Shown here: positions 13,151 through 26,256 of the stretch, piece by piece
Layout: every line of letters begins with the position of its first letter
Position numbering within the stretch: position 1 is the first letter of the stretch
Assembly: GCA_037379345.1 (NCBI GenBank)
Contig: CM074512.1
Coordinates: 59,231,597 to 59,295,596 of the forward strand
DNA from: Perna viridis
Taxonomy: Eukaryota
Length of the DNA stretch: 64,000 bases
Reading direction: 5' to 3'
Position numbers and translations under genes: made by a program
Notes under the pieces: generated by a model
Databases searched by the model: none
The model's input: the letters and a program-made list of their open reading frames with translations, nothing else
What the model was told of the DNA's origin: nothing

Positions 13151-16100
13151 TTTTTTCAGTACATGTACAATAATTTTTAACAGGAAATGATTAACCTTCC
13201 TTCAAATGTCTTTCTTCATCAAATGACTTACAATGTTGATCTCAGGGTACAACAAAATTTAGTCAAAAATAGGTCACTAACCCATATATATCTACATCAA
13301 AGAGTCCACCTACCCATAAAACAGAATATCATCCAACCCTCAGTGCTAACTGACAATAGGGTAGGGATATTATCACAGGTCTTTTGATAACACAGCCATG
13401 GTTTATATGTCAAGCCAATTACGATCATAATCAGTGAATCTGTCATTTATTCAGTAAAACTTAAATAGCAGTTAGTCTCACTACACACTTTTCTACAATA
13501 CTGTTATCTGATGTTCCTTTATAAGAAAGACAATTTGTCCTCCAGTAGACCTCTATCTTTGTAGATATTATACATGTAATCAAAATGTGGTTAAGTAGTT
13601 TTTTCTGTCACTTGACACATATTGCCCATGTGTGAATGAAAATACAACCCAACCTATTATAAAATCTAATCACTTTTGTGTTACTAAAGGGATTTGTCAG
13701 AACCAATGAAGTTCATACAATAGTGGTATACAGTACTCAAGTATTGTGTTGTATTTATACAGCACTGAATACAGGCCACTTCTTTCAGTCATAAGCATTG
13801 ATGCCTCAGTCCTTACATTAAAAAAAAAAAAAAACTTTTTTCGTTGTAATTTAGGTCTTAATGAATCCACAGGACAATTTACTAATTCTGTTTCCAAATT
13901 CTAATACATACAGTTCTTGTACATATTGAAAATAACATAGTCTTTCTTTTGCTTTGCAAAAAGTGTTTTGTTGGATAAAAGCAATAACCTCAGAAAATAC
14001 ATGTATGAACTTAGAAAACCCCAAATTACCAGATAAAAAGAGTCATATACAAGATGAATTTATGACATCACTAATTTTATGAAATTTGTCAAAATTCTGA
14101 CAGTGAAATCCTGTCCAGGGAAGTTCATGTGTCTTCAATACATAACAAGTGTAGTAAGCTCATTAATTTTGGCTTCCATCAACCTACGTAATTGAGAAAT
14201 ATTCTGTTGCATTTTAATTTTTTTTACTTGGGTTGAATCAATTTATATTTACTAACCAAAGAAGGTTGAAAATTATAAGCCCAGCAAATTAGCCTACACT
14301 TCTACCAGGTATTTCCACTCAATTTACATTTTTTTAAGATTATCACAATTACCTGATATAAATGTAATAAGATAATCCAAACTCAGATCACTATATACAT
14401 GTTTTGGTGAAAACTATTATCAGAGCTGGGTGCAGTAGCATTCATTTTTAATTGAAACTATAAAAAAAACCATTATATATATATATTACCTAAAATATCC
14501 AAAGTAGTGTAATTGTTGATGATATTGAATAGCATCAGAAAATGAACTATATCAAAAGGTTGGGAATCTCAAGTTAATGTTACAATGACAAGCATAAAAC
14601 TGATAACAAGTCATTTTACTCAGTTTATATCTTATTCTCTTATACATAAATGTACATTTGCAGCTACCTTCAGAAACTTAAAGAGGTCGGACTGCACATA
14701 TCTTCTTTTAATTAGTTGAGAATTGTTGTAGATGATGTTTTGTGGTCTTTATGACCACATCTTCAGTATTAGGAAAAAGCCTGATACATAAGATAAGGTA
14801 TATACTTGATCTTTGTAAGTTTAACTTTATTTTTTATAGAAAATTTGACCCAGGCACCTCATCAGTTGAACTGATCACTTTTTAACTTTAATTTATATCT
14901 ACTGTTCAAATCATCTCTTAAATTTTCACTTATATATATCGCAACTGTGTCCCATCCACTTCTGAACTCTCTGAACAAGTTTTGAAGGTAAAGATCAGAA
15001 GAAAAGTTTGCACTAAAGAATAAAAAAAGTTACTATCATACACACCATACGTCATCAGTGATATTTTGTACAAGAAAATTTTAACGACATTTTGAAACCA
15101 CATAATGAAATTCACCACAATTCTAAAGAGGAGTGCTCTATTTGTGTTCTGCTTGTTTAAGCATTTTTGTAAAATTAGGTGTCTGAGCGCATCAAAATTC
15201 AAATTTATTCCATATCAGCAGTCACATGGTACAATGCAAAGGTCAAAAATAAATGATGTCACTTCATGCGTGTGCCTCTACAGATCTTCTTTTGTGAGGG
15301 AATTATGCATGCCAAAGACCATAGATAATTTCTCTACCTGGTGTCAGGTCTATTTCTAAAAGGTTTTATCATGAAATAAAATCATAACAAAACAGTGTAC
15401 ATAAATGATATTTCTCATCATTTTGTTTTTCTTGGTATAATGCTATTGTGAGCTATTTTTAGAGGAACTCAGTACTACTTTTACTTTAAAGTTTTAATAT
15501 TTACACATCAACGATTCATAAAGATAATTTCATATCTAGAAAGGTGAACAAGGGAATTCTAAGTACAACTTAAAGAAAGTTACTTTATGTCATCTTTGAA
15601 TGCATTTCTTTTCATCAGAAAGCATGTATGTATTTACTATGCTTACAAAAATATGAAATAAAATTCTCAGTAAGAAGCAATTGAAAAAAAAAGGATAATA
15701 AATACATGTACATGTAGTTAATAATGGAAAAATAATGAGAAAAATGTAAGAGCAGAAATTGGTGAAACATCACACTGAATTCAAGATAAATAAAACTGGC
15801 CATTATAAGATTTCAATAAAATCCCTTGACTACTTATTTCTAATGGACAATCTGTAACAAGATATGGAACCATAGTTAATTTTTAGGGTTCAAACATTCA
15901 AAAATTTTACTGAATTTTCAACAGTCAATTCATCATGTTTTATTGGTGTTCCAAGCCATTTCCCTTCATTAGATACTTTTGTTTCTCTATTTTTTTCTTG
16001 ATGCAGTGTAGTTTACAAACATATTGATCAATAGTCTCATCTATCAATGGTTAGATCCTGGATTACGTAAAAACTAGATAAATATTACCCATCCTCAGTA

Positions 16101-19100
16101 CTATATTACTTCCTAGAAACTTGGTACTTGTCAACAAGTTTATTACCTAATTCATTCATTTTTGTAAAATGCATTATATAAGACATCCTTAAGAATCAAA
16201 TTTATCTAACAACATGTACAGTAAAGATCCAATTTACATGTACAATGTACATATAGCAGATAGCTTAAACATTGATACTTTCTTATTGAAATTCTAGAAG
16301 ACTTCTATAATAAGTCATTCTTCTCTTTTCTTCAAAGATACTTCAAATAATAAAACGCTTAGTACAGTCAATATGATGGCCAAAATAGTCCAAGATATCA
16401 AAATTGTAGACACAAATTTATTAAGGTTGATACTTTTTAAATATTTTGAATTCTTTTTTTCTTTGAGATGTCTCAAAATGCCTGGACTTGCCCTTTTTCC
16501 TTAAATGAAAGCATCTGCTTTGAGTTGCTTATGACAATCTTCTGCTGTGTAAAATAATAATTGTTGAAGTAGTTTCTGTATAGACTAAACTTTACACAAA
16601 TCATCAAATAATATACATTTTCCTCACTCTAAAGATGCTGTAAATGTACAAGTAGATTGGCTTCATCAAATTACAAAATAAATTTCGTTCCAGTAAAATT
16701 AGTTTTTTTTAAGTAATCAATAGCTTCATCCAAAACCTCGACAATCAATCAAAAATTTCTATTGTGGCATGGAACCTTGTAATATATATACAAATACCAA
16801 TCCACCTGTAACCTTGAAAAAGTGGACAAATTAGAACAACTTTACACAAACATGTAGGACAAGACTATTGTCCTGTTTACACCATAAGTTATATACTAAC
16901 ATATATAATAAGACACATTTAAGTCCATTATAAATTGATGGTACACAACAAGTTCCTTGTACCTAGGTGTTAGAACAACTGTAATCTGTCATTATGGTGT
17001 TTCTGAACCCAAGTATGAATCTATTATCATTACCAATGACCCATAGTGAACACAATACAACAAGCACTGAAAAGTGATCAGACACATCTGTTCTGCAAAA
17101 TACTTCTGAAATAGATACTTCTAGGTTCAAACTTATATTTGTATTGTTTTCACTATAGAGCTACATATCTGTTTAATGTAAAAGTACTATTATATGTACA
17201 TCAGTTTTAGAACATCTAAGCAGCCCTATTGATAGAGGTAATGTTTGCAGTATCTGATCCCTATACTATGAAAATGTATACTTGAAAATGATCTCAGAGT
17301 TAGCATAAGCAGGTGCAGCAAATTCAAGAGTTTAAATAGATACATTTTTGGGGCACAGGTTAGTTTCTTACACATAGAAGTCCTAAAGCTAGACCACTAT
17401 ATTATCTACTATTTACTTTTATGATTTACCCAATTATCACCACATTTGGTAGTTTTTGTCTTGACATTTGACAAATGTTATTTGCTTTAAGAGTGATAGG
17501 TAAGATAATAGTGGCCTTACATATACCAAAATCTAGTGCCTTGTGAATGTCTAATTTTATCTTGATACAGCTGTAGTTAACTTCATTATGTGACTCAAGG
17601 CGAAAAAATGAAAAGAAGGATTCCCGAAAAGTGACAATGTTACAAAATGTACATGTATGACTTCATAGAGAACAAATCTACCGTGTTAAACACATTCATA
17701 GATCACTGCAATGCTGCAAGTCCTCTTCTAAATTATTTTTAATTAATATATGACAGGTGACTTGCAAAACTAAGCCTTTACTCTTTGAAGGAGAATAAAT
17801 GTTACATGTAAATTAAATACATTTACCCTAAATCATAAAAGCACTGTCATGAAGTCCTTGGTTGTTACATGATCATGAACAGTTTAATTATAAGGTTTAA
17901 TAAGATTGGCAAAAGCCATGGTTGTGGAAGAGTGATGACCTAAAAATTAATATCAACCAACCATTTTATTATAATGGAGGGATGAGCACTCTTTCACTGA
18001 AATTACTATCTTTTTTACAGTCCTGTCAGTAACATGACACCACAACATAAATCAAAATTATTTTTCATTTTGAAAGTTGTCCTCATAGGGTGAAAGAGTT
18101 AAATGTCTTTGGGTTTGAAACCCTAATGATAATTTCATTTTTTGAAAAATAAAAATGTAAATTTATACATGTGCATGCAGTTCTCAACTTTCTGCATGTT
18201 TGAACAAGAAATTAATTAGAAAACTTATTAAAGTATAAACAAGTCATTACTAACCAGTACAGCATGTATAGATTTTATACATGGTACATGTATGTACATG
18301 GATAAACAAAATAGTACATGTACATGTATCGTAGTAAAACAGGTGCTATAGCCTGTTTTACAACCATTCCCAATAAAACATCCTTTATAGCCAACTGTTC
18401 TATTCATTTAAACAATCTATCAAAAATCAGATAAATGGATGTCTTCCCTATTTCCCTATTTAGTGCTGAGAACTGTTTAACAATGTACATGTACCTGAAG
18501 ATTTAGCCCTTCTCCATATCGAAGTCTTCTCTTTTGAGCAGCAATGAAAAATCAGTAGAATGTAAAATTTACGGTTGACATTATACTCATTACAGACTTG
18601 CTGTGATACAGACAGTCATACTTTGACTCCACAAATATACAAGTACATGTACAAATGAGGATATTGAACTTTCTATTTTTTAAAGCCAAATAAGAAACTT
18701 TTTTTTACACATATATGTTTAATTAAGTCTTCTCCAATTTGTGGAGTCTTCAATGAATTTACATTTACTGTAAGGTTATTTACAATACAATTAACACTAC
18801 TTCCATATGTGTATACATTGTATGTATATTATAGGTAGGTACAAAAATGCTTGCCCCTACAGTTAGAAACTAAGATTGTAAAGGGCGGCATTATCATTAT
18901 TAAATATTCTTCAGAGTATCAACTGAGACATGACATACACAGTCTGATAACAGATGTAACATTGTTAAGGTGCAGTCTGGCTTGCAGCTAATTTAATTAA
19001 AACATCATAACTTAGCCCTATATTTAACATGTGAGATTACAGATCACCTGAAATCAACCTCAATTCTTAAAAGAGCTGACAAATTTGTTTTCCCTTTTAA

Positions 19101-20755
19101 TCTCAATAAAGCTAGTTTATATGAAATGATAAGCATACTGTATAACCACAACTTATTACTTTTACATAAATGTATCTTTATGAAATTGTGGGAAAATGTC
19201 TTATCTTTCCATGGAAATCATTTTTTTTCTTGCCAAAGTCTGCCAAAAGCACACTAAAGGTTTGTCCCAATGGATTAAAAGAAACTGTGATAGTATTTCA
19301 CTTGGATAGTGGGAACACTTGATTGTATCTACATGTACATGAAAGTTATAAGCTACAGCTGTAATGGTCAAAGAAATGTTAACCAAAAAAACAAAGTAAT
19401 TAGATTTTTTCTCTATAACCATGGGAGATGAATGCATAGATAGCTGAACAACATAATCATTGTTAACTGATTGATTCTCCATCATCAATAATCATAGATA
19501 TCAAATGATTATCACAGATGTGTTTCACATGATTTCACAGCTTTATTGTGACTGATCTACCTTTTTCAGGTAAGAGAGACAATTTTGTACTCTTACTGAA
19601 ATTAAGATGTATTGTACATTAGTGATTGATGAATGAAATAAAACACCAGTAAATGTTTGATCGTCAATCAGACAATCGGATTTAAGATTATAATCGGATC
19701 ATATACAATTTAAACCTATATTTAAATAAGGCCTCTTGTAGTGTTGTCTTGAATACAAATTATAGGTAATTTCTCAACATAATTTTTCTTGTACCTTACA
19801 ATTTACATGAGCACACTGTTTTTGTATTAGTCTGTACAGTTTCACTCACATGTACATGTATAAACAGCTTTCAAAAAATGATATCAGAATAAGAAGAACA
19901 AAGCTGATCAAAACCTTCACATGTAGTATTCCAAAACAAATTTATGTTTCTCACACATTTTCTAATATCAATAGTTTTCAAACACATACAAAAATGTACA
20001 TGTTCTACTGTTTTTAATCCACGTTTTTGTATATTGGTAAAAGTAATACATGTACATAAATGTTTACAAATAATTGAAGAAAGAATGTCTGAATCTATAT
20101 CTGCATTTGAAGGAACATGAAATCTTCAAAGGATTTATTTGTACTTCATTGTATTTTACTGTCATTAAAAAAAAGATCACATTTAATCTACTTTCATATT
20201 AATTTTTAGTGCTTTGATGACAAATAGTCAACATTGCTTTAAAGTAAGATCTGCAATTTTGCACTGAATACAAGTAAACTATTGTTATCACATGTGCAAG
20301 TATAAATTATAATACAAATGTAGGTCTTTTTTTGTCTGAAAATTATTTTGAATAAAGTATCTATTTTTTTTTACATTTAGTACATGCATGTTCCAAAATA
20401 TAAGTATAGCACAGACACATGATTTGCACCAGGGAGCTACATATAGAGATCCAGAGATCTTGTAAAGGAAAATTCAGACAATTACATGTGTAATGGCTCA
20501 TTTCAACCAAAATTTTGCACTAAATTAAAAAAATTCAAACAGAAGAAGGGAGTTCCAGCCCGGATCTGCCACCAACTTAGGTTCAAAACAAGTTTTAAAG
20601 TTAGCTGACTAGATCTATAACTCAAAGAACAAGCACTAATTTAACTATAATATTAGATGTATTTGAATATAAGGGTATCAGTATTGTAGTACAAAATGTA
20701 TATAGGTATAAGTATTTACTGTATAATTTTATAACATTTTAACTAAGATACTTAC

Positions 20756-20986
20756 TTCAATGTACTGGATCAGATCCAAGAAAATATTCCTGTTGAAATC
20801 ATGGGGTATCTTCATTCTGTCACTGACAATCTTCAGATTGTTTTCAGAATAACTTTCCTCTCTGGTTTTTAAACTATGCACATATGATATTGCATGTTGG
20901 CCGTGTGTCACATCTGTTGAAACGGGTGACAAAATTTCAGAAATTAAAAAGAATCCAAAAAAGAAAATTATCCTATAAGAATCCAT
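20756..20986 (-). CDS. First coding exon of an uncharacterised secreted protein (signal peptide MDSYRIIFFFGFFLISEILSPVST)
   Basis: ATG at 20986, a hydrophobic N-terminus followed by small residues, and 77 open codons ending at a consensus donor GAA|gtaagt (phase 0). Confidence 0.65.
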
Positions 20987-21600
20987 GTTAGTTTATCCTG
21001 TTCAAGGTGTACTTTGTCACCGATGACAGTCCAAGAAACTTTTAAAAAGATATGATTTTTTAACTAGTTAAATTCACAATCATGTTTGGCCCTGTTTCAA
21101 AACGTACTGTTGATCAAGAGGGTACAAAGTTGCCGTTCTTTTCAATAAACCTACTCCCACTGTAGCAGGTAAGTATAACTATTTTGGCAGGATTTTAAAC
21201 AAAGTTTTAATACATTTTCGATGTATAAGGTGCAGTCTGATTCAATAATAAAGTTCTCGCTTATATTAAAGAAAGATTTTTTTTATTAAAAAGTATCTCA
21301 TATCACAATAAGAGTTAAATGATATGTCTACTGCAGAGGGAGGGTAATTCATGGTTGAATGGACGTAAACCGAGGTCTGCACTGATTTACCAAAATTTGT
21401 GGCTGCTATTAAAAAGCACATGTTTACTAAGAAAACGGAACCTTAGCATGGCAACAAGTTAAAAACGTCGACAAGATGAAGGAACGTAAAATGGAAGGAA
21501 CTTTTTCTATGAAGTGACAATATTTTAATTTAAAAGAGATCATCTTTACAATTACAGGTAAAGTAATTTACGACAGGTAAAAATAGGCATTTTCAGGTGT
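20987..21600. promoter_or_regulatory. Candidate bidirectional promoter and non-coding first exon of the + strand gene
   Basis: Lies directly upstream of the - strand ATG (20986). It has a consensus + strand donor CAG|gtaagt at 21169, weaker donors near 21557 and 21577, and more CpGs than the flanks. The first + coding exon starts with an acceptor (26064), so an upstream UTR exon is required. Confidence 0.4.
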
Positions 21601-24600
21601 GCCACTGTATTTTGTGAATTAGACACCAACTGTCAGTTATCTTATATCACGTTTACTCAGTTGGAACTAAAACATAAATAATATGTACATTAATTTAACA
21701 CGCAATACTTTTATTTAGCCGCGACATACGTTTATAGCCAGTATACTATAGTACAGAAAGTAGAAGGGGGGAGGGGTAAGTTTGTAGCATTTGAATGATA
21801 TCTAAGTAAACTTTAATGCATGCACGTGAATGCATGAAGGTAAAACAGTCAGATTTGATGTGGAAGTTAAGTTAATTAATATATTTTTTACTAATATTTA
21901 CAGTTTGCATATACATAAACAAATTACAATATACACATACTTGTACCATGATTTGAAACTTGTATATATATCTGCTTTAATTTATGCCATTAATATTTTC
22001 ATAAAACTGTTTTGATTTCTAATAATTTTTATGATATGGAATAGGCATTGCCTAAATCAGCGAGCACCATGAGCTTTTCCATATGTGTACTGTCTGTGTG
22101 AGACTCGTAAAATTGTACAAAAGAGTGGGCATCAGATGAGAATTTTTGTTTAGGGAGTGCAATATTTTTATTTGAAAATCTTATTTAATAATGGGGAAAT
22201 GTTTTTGTTTTTTTTTCTTTTTCAATGAATAAGTAATTTTTTTTCTCCAAAATTCCAGCCCAATCCCCATTTCTCCTCACTTTCAAAATGGTCAATAACT
22301 TCGTAGCACTTTGCCATACTTTACAAATTTTAATCTTTAAGAGCATTTCTGGCAGCATCTTATTCAGTTTTAGCGGGTACGATTAATTTATACAGATACC
22401 AGAAATATTACAGTTCAGAATATTTTATACATATCATGTGACTTAAATAAAATTCAGATGCAACTGACAGCAATAAATCAAAATTCCAAAAAGAAAACGA
22501 TTGCCTATCCTATCTTAGAAAAGTTATGCTTTGATTTGGATAATACAATCAGAGTAATATTTTTTCAGAGGTGGGTTAGGTTCTTGACAACACGAACAGT
22601 GGAACAGCGGAGATGAACGTATCTACATCCATGTTTTCCCAAACTCTATGAAAACACATCATATTCACTTCTTTTAATAATTAAAAAAATAGAAAATACT
22701 CAAAAACTATCAGAAAAGATGGAGTTATTTATACTGAAACTTAATCTTAACGCAAAAGTGACTAAAGCTTTCAAAATCCTAGCTAAAACCCTGATCTCAA
22801 CCTTTATATTTTTAATTGTTTAAGGAAACAATGAATTTTCTCTGTAAGGACAGTCATTTTTTGTTACTACCAGACATGACTTTTTTTTCATTAGTATGCT
22901 GGCGAACCATAAGAGAAATTATGATAGTACATGCAGTAACCATAGAGCTCACATCGCTTCGTGGTGCTTGCTATGAAAATTACATATAGAACTTTTTACA
23001 CATTTTCAATTTTATAAATGCATGCTTAGTAATGAGACCCATTTTTTATAATAACATAAACATGTATTTCTGTCCCATAAAGTTTCATCAGCTAAAACTT
23101 GAGAACCCTTCAGTGGGCTGATTTCAGATTATGGTAGACATGTATAAATTAAGTCTTCCATGGGGAATTTTATCTCAGCTTTGCATCCACTTCAGTCATC
23201 TGAATTTTAGAGTTGTTACATGTACATGTATACTGTATGTTAGGTATTTTTTCAATAGTTTACAACCTATAACCTGTTCATGTAATGAATGATATGAAAT
23301 TTGGTGTGGGATTTTGATACAGTGTGTCAAGCATTCAGTTGTATGTTCCTGTTTTAAAGATTGCAGGACACCTGTTTCCTATGGACAGGTCTAAATGTAG
23401 TTACATGTAATGTACATGTGCATTTACAAATTTACCTTCAAAAGAGTTGTCCGAATACTGATGTATAAAACTCCTGAAATTTATTTTTTAATGAGCATTG
23501 CATTTTCTTTTACACGAACATGTATTGGTACAATGAATTATATTTTCAATGAATAAAAAGCATTTTGGCTTGCAAGAAATTTTTAAGTAACATTACATGT
23601 ATGTCCATTCACATTGTAAGAGTGATCAGTCTAGAGTGAAAGTTCAGGCCATTGTAAACAGTATATGTTCATGCTTCTTTCTCTATTTTAGCTTGTCATG
23701 TGATGACCCACTTTTTAAACATGAAATATTAACTCAGAATATACATGTGTCAGAATTAATACAACCCAGAAGCACACTGTTGCTATTATTGTTTATATTT
23801 ACCAGGACTTTTTATTATTACTTTAATGGATATCTGAAGATGTGAATGTGTTTATACATTTGAATGTTTATAGTGTTCCTAAATAATTGAACATTTTGAA
23901 AACTGCAAAAAAATCTGTTTTACCTTTTACAATGTGTATTTAACAACAACAAAATCAAAATTACACAAATGTAGAATTCTAATTTAAACTGAATAATTTC
24001 ATTCAAATAGTAGCTGATTATTTCTTCTTATTATTAAGTAGTACCTAATAAAATCAGAAAAATGCTATGGACCCTAGCATAACTCCTCCAACCACTCATT
24101 GAATTTTCATGAACTCTTATTGAAAGACTTGGTATCATATGTACACATGTCAACATGCATGTAGGAAGATAATTATTGATGGATGACTGCAATAAAAAAT
24201 ACATAAATCAAGTCCAAATAGAGTGTAACTCCAGGGTTTTTTGTAAGCTTAATGCTAATACTATTTTAGTCTGTTTTGAAATACATGTAGTGTAATGGTG
24301 GAACCAATGTGTTCATTTATGAAAGATGCATTCCCTCCCACCCCCAAATGTATATGAACAATATTTTACATTTTCCACAGATGCACATAGAATGTACCTC
24401 TGATGTGGACAAAAAAGGCAAAAAATAATGATAAATAATGATAATAATGTTTTCCTGAATAAAAAATACATAAAATGAAAAAACAATCTAGACTTTTAAC
24501 GATGCTTGAGAAAAAGTGGCCATAAAATGTTGAGGGTAAGTAGTTTTTGTGGGTTAAAGAACATAAAGTAATTAGTCAGATGTATCTAGTCCATTATTCT

Positions 24601-26097
24601 AACAGTCATAAAATAACCACTGATGATTGTAAATTTTATGGAATATTATTTCTTGCAATTTGTAGTTCAAGATCAGAATGTGATATCTTTTTTTTCCATA
24701 ATGCTTTTCTTAAATGAAAAATTCTATAATGTGAGTTTTAATTATTCTGAAAAGATAGTATACATTTTTCAAAATGGTAATAATCATGGTAACAATTTCT
24801 GAATTGAACAAGATTTTTTAAGTAGAGTGTGTAAATCTTGTTTTTAATTATAACCATAACTACAAGGCCAAATCATATTGATGTGCCATTCTAGTTATTT
24901 ATACTCTCTTTCTTGTTTATTTGACCCAGTCACTGCCTACTTAAAAGCCCTAAACCATCGTAGAAAACTTGGGCCAAATCTTTCATACACATTTGTTTTA
25001 AGTCTTTTGTTCTTGCATTCATTCTTTCAATTGTATTTGTAATCATTTATTAATTATTGTTTCATTAAAGATTAAATGTTAAACCACAATGAATCTCATA
25101 ATAAGATTAACTGAGATCTTAGAGGACAGAGTCACTCATGACTGACTCAAATAATAGAATTATAGAATCATAACAAACAGTCTATAGTAATAAAAACATA
25201 TATGTGTTGTGATTCATCATTGGCACCAAAACATTTTGTTTCCTTCCAAAAGCACATTAAAGGCCATTATTGAAGAACTCGAAAAAAATGAAGATTTTTT
25301 TTTAGCTCCATGTTAGGAGGGTTTTTCCCCAATAGTTCAAAGCTTTAACAGTGTCATTTACTGTATTTTCATACATTTACTTTATACCAATGCCTGGCCA
25401 TTGGCTCATGTGTATTTGTACCAGAATGTTAGGTAGTTCATATATTTAAACAAAAACCTGGGGTTATATGACAGTTCTACGGAAATTTGTACCCAAGCCT
25501 TGAACATATGTTTACCAAGGTCTTGGAACATACACCTGTATGTAAAGTTCTTCCTATGGTTTTATATTTTTTGTTTGAAGTGCATCAATACAGTTGACTA
25601 AGAATTTAGGTGGTACATGATTCCATTGTATTTGGGGAGATACTTCTTGTGCTAGAAAGTGTTTTTAAGCACTCAGAAATCTTGATACTTGGAGTAACTA
25701 CTTCCTGTCTTTCTAGCAAACAACATATGGCCTTGTAGATACTAGTATTCTTTGTTAGGTCAAAGTTATTTTAAATAATAATTTTAAATAAAATATTAAA
25801 AATGAAAATATGTAGGGTTTCCAACCATGTATCACATTTAGCATAATTCTTAGCTGAAGTACTTGTGCTACTTAATTTTGTGATATTTTTACACAATGGT
25901 CTTTATGGACTTGTTATTTAATTGTTAAAATAAAATATGGCTCTGTTGCTAATCTAGCAGTCTTGATACAATGTAGATTTAATAGATTTAGGCATGTTTC
26001 TAACCCTGAAAAGTAGGATGACATTCATATCATATTATGTTTGTTATTTTTCCTGTTATTTCAGAGACAACAGTACAGAAATGTAGAAAAGAATAAA

Positions 26098-26256
26098 ATG
26101 ATGAGGGTTGTGCTTAATTTGGTTGTGTTGCTGAGTCTGATTGGCTGTTGTCATGGTGATGGACAGTCCATGCAACATTTGATTCTTTTGGACCAATTAC
26201 CAAGCCAGTTCAGTTTGTACTCCTCCCCACAACTCATTGTTAGGACCAATTTTAGC
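26098..26256 (+). CDS. ORF A exon 1: signal peptide and start of ectodomain
   Basis: Acceptor ttatttcag| at 26064, ATG at 26098, donor AGC|gtaagt at 26257. Confidence 0.75.

Noticed and set aside
19550-19576. ctgatctacctttttcag|gtaaga, resembling a recursive-splicing (AG/GT) site on the + strand
   Set aside because: It lies upstream of the inferred + strand start and inside no + strand intron I can identify; it could be chance or an unrelated donor.
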